This document shows positions 1-13,300 of a DNA stretch of 32,591 nt, piece by piece. Source of the DNA: Catajapyx aquilonaris (Eukaryota). Where the stretch lies: contig JYFJ02004378.1 in assembly GCA_000934665.2 (NCBI GenBank), positions 1-32,591 on the forward strand, in the 5' to 3' direction. How positions within the stretch are numbered: the stretch's first letter is position 1; each line of letters starts with the position of its first letter. The translations under genes and the position numbers were made by a program. Below the pieces are notes generated by a model, which had not been told where the DNA came from, did no database searches, and saw nothing but the letters and a program-made list of their open reading frames with translations.

Positions 1-679
1 TCAACCATGATGCAAACGAGACTGGTTGGACTTTCCCTTCTGTCAATTGAGGGGTGTGGGGGAAAAACATGATAACTGACAAAAGAGTAATAAATTTCAG
101 GAGAGCGAATTGAAATTGGATTTTCTTAACAAATCATAAGGAATGCTGGTTGTGATCTAGTCCGTGTGGCCGCCTCATGCATGATACATGAACTTGGAGT
201 ATACCAAACTGTTTGTCATGTCTTATACATAGTTGCTAGGTGTTTAGGTGAAAAATGACAGTTATCATGTTTTTCCCCCACACCCCTCAATTGGGTCAGA
301 AATTGCTAAGAGCTTCTCATTGAAGTAATTTAACAATTTTCTAGTATCAAAGCCAGATATTGCATTAGATGATTTTTTGAGAATCACCCATGAATGTCCT
401 GGAAGATTAACCCCAGAGACGGCCTTAGGGCTGTGCATCGGTGCGACTGCACGCAATGAACAGTTGTAGGCTATAACTTATGTTAGTATGTATCATACCA
501 TGACACTGATAGTAGAGTGAAATAAAATCATGCTATTTAGTATTTACCTTCTTAAAAAGCCACTGAACTATTATATACACGTACAAAAAAAGTCGGGGGG
601 GGNGGGGGGGGCGAAATTTTCTCTGGGGCGAAATTTGTTGACTTCTCCTCCCACGATTTTCTATCTAGACACGGCACTG
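1..679 (+). mobile_element. 3' end of a decayed hAT (Tip100/ZMYM1-like) DNA transposon, 5' part outside window
   Basis: Bases 1-51 translate STMMQTRLVGLSLLSIE, matching the hAT C-terminal dimerisation motif (R)STMxQxRLxxLxLLSIE; a stop follows shortly. The segment ends in TAGACACGGCACTG (666-679; reverse complement CAGTGCCGTGTCTA, a hAT-type TIR), preceded by two GGGGCGAAATTT subterminal repeats (608-619, 625-636). The left TIR and TSD cannot be checked. Confidence 0.65.
44..293. repeat. Perfect 35-bp inverted repeat (arms 44-78 and 259-293)
   Basis: CAATTGAGGGGTGTGGGGGAAAAACATGATAACTG at 44-78 is the exact reverse complement of 259-293. Confidence 0.95.
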
Positions 680-1255
680 CATCTGAGCACATTTCAAGAG
701 GGCGTAAGCTGTTTTCTGAGGACCCAGAAGACATTACCGATCAGCATTGTCCCGGACGCCCATTTTTCGTCCCATTTTGGTATATCCCACTCATGAATCA
801 CTTAACTTAACTTATAATATTTGTTAGGGTGTTCATCTGTGTCTCTTTTTGTCCAAGGTGAGTCATCAACTAGGTGCATTTAGTACCAAACTATCCCTCG
901 TACGATCCTGAGAGTGGCGGTATAGTGTGCAGATAGGGAGGATGCGCCATCTGTGTGAGGAACATAGTACGACGTAAACAACCGGGCAGCTTTGGCAAGG
1001 GGCTCACAAGTAACAATAAAAATGTCACTTTCGAGACGCATTTTGTCTCCATATGATTCCCTCCGTCTCACTCTTCATGTTAGGATACTTCTTTGGGACC
1101 GCAGAATCACCTGCAGTCCTGTCCCGAATAAATAATTATTATGGTGTGTCATTGGCAACACTGCCCGTCAACAAAGAGCGTCCACCAGGACAACCATTAT
1201 CGAATAACATCAGATCAGAGGACAACCTCCTCACCGATGCCTATTTCTACCAAAG

Positions 1256-1799
1256 ATGAACGGCGAGAGTAGCAACCCAGACAAAGACGGTCCATCATCA
1301 GGTCTGAAGAACATGAACCCACCGCCAGAAGATAAGAAGCCTGCTGAGGAGGACAGCAACCCTTCCTCCTCCGACGATCCTACTGAGGGTACTCGTGGCT
1401 CAGGGATGTCCCTGACTGAGAGCGCGTCTTATCAGCATCGCCTCAAATGCATGGCCAAGAAGCAGGCCGAGGACGACGCTGCAGCCGAGGCCGCCTTTCG
1501 AGAAGCGCTCAAGAAGTCTCAAGAGGCGGCCGCGAAGGCTTCAGACTTCGCGGCCGCCGTTGATGCCGCATCCCTCGCGATGGGGATGTTAGCAGATGAG
1601 CAGGAAGAAGCACACAAGACGGACGAAGAAGGTTAGATATGCTAATATTCGATTTTGGAGGCCATTTTCATATCATACTTTTGCGCTATTATTATGTGGT
1701 TCCCTCCTCATTCTAGGGGAGCATTTTCAATCAATACATGAGCGCATTGTTGTGTCCGTTAAATCCATGGAAACAGCAGGGTGGCCTCTCCGACACTGA
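1256..1799 (+). CDS. Putative orphan gene encoding an acidic, Ala-rich, probably disordered/helical protein (126 aa unspliced; 152 aa if exons 1256-1631 and 1717-1799 are joined)
   Basis: GC-rich ATG-initiated 126-codon ORF (AAAGATGA context) with protein-like composition in AT-rich surroundings. A candidate phase-1 intron GTTAGA..TCCCTCCTCATTCTAG (1632-1716, 85 nt, similar to the TACO1 intron sizes) keeps the frame open. AATAAA lies at 1955-1960. No recognisable domain. Confidence 0.55.
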
Positions 1800-4700
1800 T
1801 GTTGTTCCATTGAATTTTCTTTTTAAAATGCTCTCATCATTTTAGAATCTAGTGGTGTTAATGACGCCCTGAAGAATATCCATGACGAACCTAATGTCCA
1901 AAACTAATTTATGGGTCGTTACAGTAATAATAATATCGATTAGTTATGAATGAGAATAAATTCGCCGTTGACAGTGTAGCGTCACTGGCAAGGCAGAAAA
2001 ATTCATGCTGAAACAAACGTTTCGAAATTAATTCCACGGGGGATGTCGCTTATGTTTAACAATAATATTACATAAGCAGTCCAAATAGTTTAAATGCATC
2101 TCTGACAGATCTGAACCTAAAATTTGGGAACTCTCACTTTTTAAATATCATTTTGTAATAGGAGGTACTGTATTATGATACGAGGGTATGAAACCTATAC
2201 ATCATGAAATGTGCTGAATGTCCATTGTAATATCGTTTGACATTTTACGGCAGGAAACTACACATCCACCCCCACATTACTGTTATGTTAATTTTTGTTA
2301 AAAATGTAAAATGTTTATTTTATTACACAGACACTCTCCGATCCGAAGAGATCCTTTCAGTAATATACGGTCCAGTCAAGACCGCCGGCTTACTAATAAT
2401 ACCCGCTAGGCAATAAAATAATTTAATTGCGTAATTTGTGCGTAATGTTACTCTAATAACCCGGTAATGAAGCAAATTAAACTAATTTGCGAAACATGTA
2501 GTTTCCACATAACACAGGGGTACATACTGTACAGTATACGTGCAAGTCTTACTGATGGTAATAGGTACAGCCTTGCATAAAATAGCTAACCAACACCCAG
2601 CTGTGTGCAATAACATCAATCGCATTGCCTTTTTAGCATAATGTTTAAACCGGAATTATTCTGTCTGTCAGCATTCCTTCCATGAACAGCATCAAGAAGT
2701 AACTATGTCACGTTATTCGAATAGAAAATCCTAATTACACCCTGTTGCATGCATGCAAGCATATTTGACCTCTAAAGTTATTATGTGGTAAAAACACTAA
2801 AAAGTAACACGTTTAGTTTGCTTTACGATCCCTAAATTCATACGTTCAGGCTATTTTATGCTGGATATACAAATTACCTTCATTTCAGCAACATCACACG
2901 CAGTGAAATATGCTTTGGTACCTCATGTACTGATGCTGCACTCATTTTGTGTCATTTGATCTCGAAAACTCACGTGTCTATACTGTATATTAACAGCGTT
3001 GTTTTGTCAATTATATACGTCAGTATAATTTACAGTTACCACTACCTTTCATGATATATTAATTTACATAACATATTATATGATCACTGTCCAAGAAACT
3101 GTGTCTTTTTAAATGTAATAATATTGAAGATCTTTTCTGTAATTCGTCGTGCTCCTTTGATCATCTCACATCCGTGTGACTCTCTCTTTCGGAGACCTGA
3201 TCCTTGCAATTTGGTTGTTTACACGAACCGCAAGTGAGAACCCATACATATGCGAGCAGAAACCCGCCATCACCCATACACCCTCCCTTCGCCGGTGGAA
3301 AGTTCTTGCAAAAGAGGCGTCCTAGTGTCGCCAGCCTTATTGACAAGCGGCTGACTGGCAGAAAAGCCTAGCCCCCTAGTCCTCATTCCCCCAGCACCAA
3401 CCGACCTCATTTGCAGCCCAATTGCCAGCCAGCATGGGGTGCTCTATATCCTTGCCAAGGAAAAAGATGTCTCCAAGAAGGAACAATATTCACCTCATAC
3501 CTCTCACATCATAATATATTCTGTCATTTTTGCTTCCGGCAGCTGGATAAGCCGATCCACATGGAAACAAAATTTCTTCGATCAAAATGCTATGGAGGCA
3601 CTGAATTTACCGAATAGCCTAATTCACAATTTGCGATTCAAAAATGTCTGCATAAAAGAGGGTCGCAGTTTCACACACAAAATTCTGCATGACGCCCACC
3701 CTGAAAGTGAGGCTAACAATAGAGCACTATGTCCCGAAGTCATTGCGATTCAAGGGATCGCCATTTTGCCCAGATAGGAATCGGCGTGGGCTGAGCCGAT
3801 CCATTCCTTTCATTGGCTTTAATGTTCACAGCAGGCAAAAAAAGGAGGCATTGGCTCCCGCATTCATGACCCACTTAAGGACGGAAATCGGAAAGCAATC
3901 AAGTCGGCGCCCATCAAACGTCCCCACCCACCGCTTATTTCCCGGCGTAAAATTCCGGGGTCCCTGCTTTCCAAGCAACAAACCTGGATAAAATTTACGC
4001 AAGGGCCCCCAGGGTTCATAAAAACGCACAAGTGACCTCCCCCAAAAAAAATAAAAAAAGGGGGGGAGAGACAAGCAGGCATAAAATGGGGAGCGAGCAA
4101 TCCTGCCAGGGGCCTCCCGAGGGCCACCAATCATGGGCAAGGAAAAACCTGACAAAAATAACGGATGATCAGGGCAGACAAGAGGAAGCCATTTCACTTG
4201 TCAGCAGTTTCCCTTGTTATCGGCTGCCAGTTTAATGATGGAAATTTCCTTCGGGAAGGCGTTAATCTGCTCGAAAACAAATTGTTGCCAAAACAGATGT
4301 CTGATAAGTGCCAGGGCGATTTTTGACAATAATTCCGCGGGAATTTTGACCTGATGTTGCTGTATATCCTAGAGACTTCAAGAGTCCTGCTTTCCGAGAA
4401 ACCTTCGACCGCGCAGGGTAGGGTAGAAGAAGCTTAAGCTTTGAAATTTTCTCACGGACCCTCAAATCTAAGTTGGAAGGAAACTTTCCAATCGAATTTA
4501 GGAACAACTTTCTTCCCTTTCCTTTATACGGCGCGTAGTGGGCGCTAATCTTTGACTTACCCATGCTTGCCGAATAGAGCATTTCGAAAGCTGGCCTTTT
4601 GCTTCGGAGGCAAACTATTTAACTAACACTTACACGTGGACGAAATAATAAATATTCAAATAAATTCTAGTGCAGTTTCATTCTAATAGAAGTAAAACTA

Positions 4701-7526
4701 TTAGAAAGTGACCTCTATTTAGTTAGCTCTATCATCACACATCAAACGTTCTCTTGAAAATGATTAACATAATAAAAAACACCCCATTTGATTTTTAAAT
4801 CAGATTGGTTAGGTTATAACCTCCTGATTTCTGGCCCATATAACCCTACTGTTGCATTAATAGCGTTAATACTGCATATGCTAACACCAGGTTGAAAAAT
4901 TAAAAATCGAAAGTTACTTTCTAACATAGTTTGACAGGTGAGGGGGAAATGGCGGACTAATTGGTTCTACCAAAGTAAATCTAAACATCGAGTTAAAAAT
5001 CCACGCAATATGGGTAAATTCCATTCGCATACATAACCAAATTTCCGGCTTCAAATTACTCCGGATATGTTTGCAAACTCTTTCGCACATTACGCAAATG
5101 ATCGTAAATTGCCATCGACTGCAACAGTTCATGCTGCATTTATTTTGGACCTCACTAAAACCAATGTTACACTAGAATTGCCAATTATTCAATCCCCACA
5201 GCACACCTGATTGGTGGTTAGAAGTTACAGCGGCATCATCATCATTCAGCCCAGAGTTTTGTCACTGAACCCACCAGTTTTATTTAAAACCGCGCAACTT
5301 CTTTTTTTTTCGTATCCTCCAAAAAAATAAAAGTTTGCTCAGCCAAGCAATGTCAAAAAGTAAGCAAAGTTATCCCCCCCACTCCCTTTTCCTTATCGGA
5401 AGTGGTATAGCGAAGTTTCTGGTTGAAGTTCTGGAATATCAGACTTTGCGAAGTGGGTTTATTCCTGCAGGGTCCGACGACCATCCCGGAATGCTCTGGA
5501 GGACGGTTGGAATTTAATTAACCTCATCTTTAGTTGCGTCGGATATGTCTGTAGGTTTCTCCCTCCCCCCTTACAAACTTATAGCTATATACCGAGCATT
5601 TATTGTCCTCGACATGATTTCCTGCTCCGTTTCTTTTGTGGTATACGATCGACAGTCAACTATGTATGGACTGAGATGTACGAAGTATCTGTAAGTTCAA
5701 AAATGAAATCACATTATAGGTCTGCTATTTTTAAATATATTTGCAATATTTATTTCCCATCTTCTATTACGGCGGAAATATAATTTCATAGCGCACATGT
5801 TAAATGCTCCATATGTACCAAAACTGTACATGGCCTGTTGTTGATTCGCCATAGATCAAACTGATAGGACAGGGCTGTATTTTTAGCAACCCCGATTAGG
5901 CTTTAGTGACTCGTCGACAATCTTCACTTTCTATTTTTGTAGCTCCAAATTCTTGCTTGGATCGATCTACCCCCCCACTTCCCCCTCCCCCTCTTCACCC
6001 ACCACCAACTCCCAACACATCTACCTTCCCTCCCTTGCTTTCCTACCAGGCCAAACTCCCAGAGTGAACGAACCCGCCCCCTTCTAATTGCCTATAAGCA
6101 CCTAATGACCTCCCATTTCCCCCCGTGGAGTCTTGCAACTTGTCACGTAGTCATGGAAACACCATTGATTTCATTATTGGATTGCACACCTTCCCATTAG
6201 GAAAGGTTGTTCGAAGGCGGGCAGGGTTTTTGGGGGTGGGGAGGAATGGGGAGGTGTGGAGGTGGGGGGCGTTTATTGTTCTTTAACCTTTCTTAGTTAA
6301 TTATGCGCGGGGATCAGAAAATTTGCATGTCCAAAGTATAGGCCTATTATAGTGATATGATCGTCTTATCACGTAATGTTCATCTTATGAACGCACAAGT
6401 ACATGTTTTCCTCATTTCCCTACATGGGTAGTCCATCATGGAGTTAGCCACATTAATAAATGAAGAAAAAACTCATTATTGTGTATAAAAATTGCAAAAA
6501 AATTGTTTTTACTGATGTAGGCCTACTGATCTAGCTTGTAAATCTCTAAACAATACAGTATTGTGATGTAATAATAAGTTGCCTGCAATAAATTATATTT
6601 CAAAATTTGTCCAGATCATGTACATTTCCCCCCCAAATCTACAGTAACTCATGCTTTCTACCTAATCAGCAAACATAGTAATTACATTTTTAGATTATTA
6701 CCGTATATAAATGATAAAATATTGATATTGCCACACTGTACTGATGGCTTTAGAAGTTCGATTCTATTTTAGGCTCACCATCATATTCAGCAGGTTCACT
6801 ATTTTGTGCCATTTATTTGGATTACAAACAACGGCAATTGAAAGCAGTGTAAGCTCGTGTTCATACTCCGCATGCTACCCTTCTCCTTTTGTCGGCACTT
6901 AATAATATATGACCGCCATATAGCCGGGTCTGAAGGAAATAGCAGTGAATATTTCAAAAGGACATGTTGGAATGAAGAGAGGATGGAATTTTCGAGAAAG
7001 GGAGAGAGGGGGTGGGTTGGGGAGAGGGGAGGTGTAACACACACAAGAGAGAACGATGTACCGACACGCCTCCTTACACGACTGCGGGGACGATTTTCCT
7101 TGTAAACACATTAATCATTCACAGTAGAGGGAAGGAGGGAGAGGGGCTTGGTTGGAAGAGATCGAGTTCTACGGATGATCTGCGGATAATTGCGTCCTGC
7201 AGGGAGGGTCACCTGAGACCCCACGCAGCTCAGGGAACTTTTCTCAGGAAAAATGGACATGTTTTGCATCGGCCTAATAAGCTGCGAAATTTGCGGGGAC
7301 GGCTTTCCCACCGATTATAAATTAAGAGGATGGCGGCAAACATTAATTAAATTGACAACAGAGGAAACCATTCGTGATTCCGTTTGTTGTGTACTGCACA
7401 CTCCTGAGAGTTCTCATCCGAGGCGGGATATAGTGACTCGTGAGTCCATCTGTGGAGTACCGCCCGATTCACCGTCTTTCTCATGTAATATCCGACCAAC
7501 AAACTCGCAAATATTCTACTCATTTA

Positions 7527-7651
7527 GGGCCGGTTTCACCGAGCTTGGTATATGATAAAACCAGGTTTCTTTAGGAAAATCCATACAAATAGATAGGGAT
7601 TTTGAGAAATACCCTGGTTTTATCATATACTGAGCTCGGTGAAACCGGCCC
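7527..7651. mobile_element. PIF/Harbinger (Tourist-like) MITE, 125 bp
   Basis: 39-bp TIRs GGGCCGGTTTCACCGAGCT... with 2 mismatches; TTA on both flanks (7524-7526, 7652-7654), the 3-bp TWA TSD typical of PIF/Harbinger. Confidence 0.85.
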
Positions 7652-9132
7652 TTAGCTGGTTTTTCAATATATAAACATACGTATATAAAAACCTGTTGAC
7701 ACACCTTGTACGGACCACATTTTCATGAGTTATTTACCTGCACTATTAACAGCACTTGTTGTCTAATACTTACTAGTGCTTGACTTTCCGGCACTCTAAT
7801 TAATTACCTGTGCACGTGCAATTCGGTTTTCACTTACGGCATTATGCAACATATCCTACAGTTTGCACTTACACATCACGCACATCTGGCCCATTATTGG
7901 GCCCATCGAGGAGGCAAACTATACAGTTAGTAGCCTGCAATATGCATCGTCGTACACAATTTTATTTTCTGGACACGAGAATGACCCCACCTCATTCCGG
8001 CGTAAAAGGCCAGAGCCCTTCGCCGCAAACTCGCGGGTGACAGCCCCCTGAGAGATTAATGCAAGGCCGTGTGTGAATGAGTGGAAAGTGTATGTGTTGG
8101 AGGTTTAATGCGAGACTTCCCCAAGCTGACGACATTAATCATACCCACAACGGGAGAGGACCCTCGCTTCATCGAGAATAGAGAGGCTTTTGTGCCACTT
8201 AATTTCTTCTCGACAACTCGTTTCGACCTGTGTCCATTAAGCCAGAGCTTTTCAACCCATCTTGAGCACACTTTTTTGTTGCCCGCCATCTATCCACTCA
8301 GCCTGAAAGCAACCGATGTTCCTTTAATTAGAGGTTAAACCATTAGGAAATACAGGATTCATTACCGTCCCTTAATTCCGGGTGGTTTCTGGAATATATA
8401 ATTTATGCAGGCAGGCATGTCTTTCAGGGTGACATGTTCCGTGTCCTCTCCTGAAGCCTGCAATCAAGAGACCATTTCGCTCCAAAGCCTATCCCTCCTG
8501 GAAACTTTTAATGCTATTCATGAAATTTCGCACTTTTCTACTCCTGGGAATCGGGAGGGCCATAGCGGCAAGAAAGTGAGCTTGGAGAAAGCTTGGTGAT
8601 GCTTTGGAGAGAGAGAGAGAAGAGGCAAAATCCTTCTCCTGATAAGGAATGAGGAATCCCGTCAACATGATCCATTATAGCCGTCCCTGTGTCGTCTCAA
8701 ATTATACATGTATGCAGCTGGATGCCCGACCGCCTTCCCCTTTCATTTGTCAACGTCTCCTAAGCAAGGAGCCTGGAGGGGCTTGCTCTGGAAGCGAGAC
8801 TCGGTTGCAAGGAGGGAAAAAGGCAAGGCAAGGCAGATATTGCCTGAAGATAAAGTGGGTTGGGTCTCCGACACTTGCGGCCACGGGTTGAGGGTGGGAG
8901 AAGGGATGTTGTGATTTTCCACCCCTAGCTCATCTCGCTCCTCAAAGTCAGACCCAACTGTCTGTCTGTCTGTCTGAGGCCCCGGAGAGATCAAATGGTC
9001 GTGACATCAGGCGGCCAACTACCTGTGGATCTGTTAGCGCCAGGAGGGAGATTGGCTTCAGAAATAAAAAAATACGCAAGTCCGAAAAACGAACAGTTTT
9101 GAAATAATAATATTTAAAAAATTGCTTACATA

Positions 9133-9304
9133 CCGCCAAACGGGGTGAGATTGTGCCAGAGCATTTTTGGACAACAGTGCGCCCTACTGGCAGCAGGCGT
9201 TTACTAACGAATTTATAGGCATGTCTCACTATACATTGATGGATTCGCGGTAGGGCGCACTGTTGTCCAAAAATGCGCTTGCACAATCTCACCCCGTTTG
9301 ACGG
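9133..9304. mobile_element. Tc1/mariner-superfamily (pogo/Tc2-like) MITE, 172 bp
   Basis: 55-bp TIRs CCG(C/T)CAAACGGGGTGAGATTGTGC... (9133-9187 and 9250-9304, 3 mismatches) flanked by TA on both sides (9131-9132, 9305-9306). Confidence 0.85.
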
Positions 9305-10277
9305 TACTATGAGGATTTAAAAAGTGCATTTAAACCTTTCCGGGTCGAAATCAGTTCCGACGACTGTTCCTTGTCTGGCAGATAAACCGGTTTCGATCGA
9401 CAACAAGTTGCAGCCTGAACGTCGCTGCTTAATTCCAGCTAATCGCAGCAACCTCTCCGATCGACACCCAAGCCAAAGCCTCCAGACAGACGTTTTTCGG
9501 AGGGGTCCAAGAATCGATCCTGTTCCTTCCCCTTTTCCCTGAATCTATTACACGAATGAACGCATTGTTCAGTCGCAGTCGGACGTAGAGGAAACGCCAG
9601 AAGTCGGAGCCTGAAGATCTTTCATAAGCTAATCCATCTCCGTTGCCTCGAGAAGGCGAGGTTTCCTGGGGAGCAGAATATATAGAAAAGCCACCGGGGG
9701 ACCAGCTACCCGGATAAAAAAAACACACCCGGAAATCCTCCTCTAGACCAAGACAAGCCGAGTCGGAAGTGAAGAAGTGTTGTTCCAAAGCAGCAGCAAA
9801 GGCAAGTCGTCGATCCTTCCTTAAACCCCCCCATCCTCAACAAAACCCCTCCTCCCCATCCCCAATGATTCTTAATCCGGAAACTCGCCTTTGTTCAAAT
9901 GAAATTAGGGTTGATAGAAACGGGCGTTTAATGCATGACGTGCCTCGCCATGACACCCATGACGAAAGACCTAATTACTCGCTCCGTCTGCTCACTTAGA
10001 CTCCGGGCCTCGGGCCAGAAAAGAAACTCTTGAGTGATTAGATGGAGAGACGGGTAAGGGAGGAATGGAGGTGTTTTCCAAGCAAAATAATGTTGCCGGT
10101 GCGAACCCGGATATAAATCACAACAAAACCTTCATCGCACCTGGATGCAACAATGAGAAGCTGGATCTGTTCAAACTCTAAAGAGAGAGAGGGTTTTGTT
10201 TACGTTGCTTGTGCGCTTGTAGAAAGTGCTGACATTAGCAGCATTGTGCATTGCTGCTGCATCATTATCAAAAGCTT

Positions 10278-10338
10278 GTGCTCAGAGAGTGCACATCGCT
10301 GCAGTTCTCACAGAAAAAGGTCCTGAGTTCGATCCCAG
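10278..10338 (+). repeat. Possible degenerate tRNA-derived SINE head
   Basis: AAGGTCCTGAGTTCGATCCCAG resembles a tRNA T-arm/B-box; the A-box is poor and no body or tail is recognisable. Confidence 0.25.
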
Positions 10339-13300
10339 AATTTTATTGGTTGGTCACTTTACACCTGAAAGCTGTTAGAATAACCCACAATTTTTACGCC
10401 GATTCCCCAAATTTTATTAGGCGTCAAAATTAGTTATATATTAATAGCATGTTACGATGAAAATTCCCAGGACGCACCCCTTGTGATCCAGGGTATTTGG
10501 AATTAATGTTGCCTGCCTCTGACCGAATCTCCACCTCGGTGAATATTCTAATCCTTTCACTTGCGCGCTGTAAACTAATTCTTATGCATAGGTAGATGCA
10601 AGCGCAGCGGAAGGCTTATGAATACATTACGGGGCGGCCGCATTAAAATGCCAAAAGTGGACTAGAAACACCACGCTTCACTGGCGTTGCCCTATATTAT
10701 ATTCGCAAGAAATAATTCAGCTTAATGGGCATTTCTTTAAAAAACCGGATTTACAAAAAAAAAGTCTCAATATTGTTAGTTCAATATGTGGGTCCAACAC
10801 TATTGTCACAGTGAGCCATTTGAGCTTTTAATGCAAACCCGTGAACAAATAAAGCTCAAAACAAACATACTGGCGATAAAATAATTCATTCACAGTGGAA
10901 TTTCCTCCCATCCTCAAAATGAAGTCAAAATTGCACGCTGCCCTGTGTTATTCTCTCTAAACCTTTTTGCCGCCGGCTTTTCCGAGCTGAATATTTGAGT
11001 CCATATAGCTCGAGGGGTTTGAGTTGCGGGGTACTTGAGCACTGAACCAGCGGTGAACCGCCTTCAATAATAAATCTTTCATAAATAGCGCGATTTCATC
11101 CTTCTTAAGTTGACTCGGGATTAATAATGAAAGTCCGCGCAGGCATCGTAAAAAATAGGAAAAAATAGGTGGGGAGAGGAGGAGGAGGAGGATGAGGGAA
11201 GGTGATATCTGGTTGCAAAGCCTTCCTGATCCACTCCCTGACAGCAGGTATAAATCATGCGTAATACGAGCACTCGGGCTCAAAACCAATTTAAATTGAA
11301 ATTTTCATTACCCCCAGCAATATCATGAGAGTCGGCCATTTCCTTATTAGGGTTTTGTCGATATATCCTGTTTATGCTGCATTTCTAAAGGTGAATAACC
11401 GCCCGAGTGACTGTAATCGACAATAATTCTTTCACCTTTTACTGCAATATCACTGAATAGTTTGGCTAGCCACCATTTTGTGACTATTAAGTTAAAATAG
11501 TCAGTAACGCACTGACTGAATTCTACATGTGCGAGTGTCAGTACCAATTTGTTGTAACATCCACTACTTCACTTGAAGTGTACACCGACATAATGAATTC
11601 TCCTTGAAAAAGACACAGAACAAGTTCCTTCAACGGCCATATTATACGAAGTGGTTTTCAACCTCTCTCCTCTATACATCCTCCTCAATTTCCATGTGGC
11701 AGACGCAATAGGGGCTTGTACTTGGCTCCCGGATTTATGGCTGCCTCGCTCCTGCTGAATAAAGCTTCATTTCAGGCACGTCTTGTGATCACCAGTCCTT
11801 TTTGGGAGGCCTTGCCGCCCTCATTAGGCCTCCTTTCCTCATCAACACGAACAAAAAAAAAAAGCACAAGATGTGTATTAATCACAGAAAATGACCCGTT
11901 CTGGAAAGTTCCGTCGCGAATTTTGAGTCGAATCAAAATGGCAAGTAAAGTTGGAGGAAACATAGGTATAATTACTCGTGTTTCCATGAGCATCGTGGAG
12001 TCTTTTCTGGCTGTGGTGCTGCTGCCACTGACACGGCGGAAGAAATAGGACGCGGGTTTCCATTCCCTCCTCCCCCCCTCCCCCCTCCATGCCACGGTTA
12101 ATTGGAAGGAGGGGGAAGGAGGGTGAATGAATGAGGAAACACGGGAAGGAAGGGAAGGAAGGATGGCCGCTGATTATTTTAGGAAGGGAGAGGGGCCTGG
12201 CGTCCGGATTACACACTGTCTCGGATACTAAGTTCACATTTGCCAATAACTTGCTCTGAGGAAGATGCACTGGCGCGGAAGGATAATTGGGGTGTTGCTG
12301 GGTTTCGGAGCTTTTTTTTTTTTAGCTTGGTAGATATTTTTTCCACATTTTGGCCTTTTCGGAGAGAAGTGTCTGTATTTGTACGATAACTGCAGTGTCA
12401 ACGTCTGTCATTAAACAAGCAGCAAGTTAGACAATGTGCAAAACCAAACTTGATTATTGGCAACATGCAAAACATTCAAGCTTGGTTGTATGAACACATA
12501 ATATATCATCAATGTGTCCCTCAGAAACCTTAGGGAAAATGGGGCAACCAATTCAGATAACACGTCAAAGATACTCAAATGCAGAAATTGGCTTGCAATC
12601 TCGGAGGACTCGAAGGACGTCTGACGCGCTGTCTCTTGGGTTGAGGAACCATTCAGGTGATTGCCCAAACCACACTGGAACACACGCCTTTAGAATATTG
12701 ACTTCAAGCATGATAAGTTTGAAGACACTCTCAGTCCTAGGTTCTGAATGTCCTATTCATCGTACCATAAGTCACACTTACACTACATTTTGCACCCCCA
12801 TTGCACACGGTATGAGTGCACTTTCAATTGCCAGATCAAGGTCAGCTTCGTGTCCCTTAAACATGCACATTCATGAATACGCAATGCACTGGCGTCATCA
12901 CTTGCGACAATCACGAACTTCCTTCCACTCACTTCAGACCTGACTCATTCCCTCTCCAACAGGTGGAAGCAGTGATGTACCGTCCATCTCCCGCCATCTG
13001 TTGCCAGCAAACATCAGAATCACCAAACATTGACTTCCCTGGTTTTTGGAGCCAATCCTTAACCAGCAGCTGTATATCACGCTTTAGGGCCAGTCACCTT
13101 TCGGGTAGGCCGCAACTATGAATCAAGGTCGCGAGGTCTCTCTCTCACTCTCTCTCCAACCCCGATGAAAAGCCAGGTCGTTAAGCCCACGGAATTGACA
13201 AATCCCCAATCCGGAATTGGTCGGCGAGGGCAGCTAAGGCCTTCAGGTTTATTCGTGTTGGATTCCCCCGAGGCGCCACTACGGTTTTTTTATATATTTT

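Noticed and set aside
1779..1907. Non-canonical GG donor giving the orphan gene a longer third exon (ESSGVNDALKNIHDEPNVQN)
   Set aside because: Needs a non-GT/GC donor; the canonical GT one base away gives an immediate stop. Unsupported without transcripts.
5970..6270. C-rich and G-rich tracts as G-quadruplex or foldback (similar pair at 12060-12130)
   Set aside because: Low-complexity tracts are common in this block; pairing is loose and no function can be supported.
12411..13100. Possible minus-strand exons (GTGAGT donor near 12932, GTAAGT near 12781, open frame of about 50 codons)
   Set aside because: Weak acceptors and an unrecognisable translation; no coherent gene model could be built.
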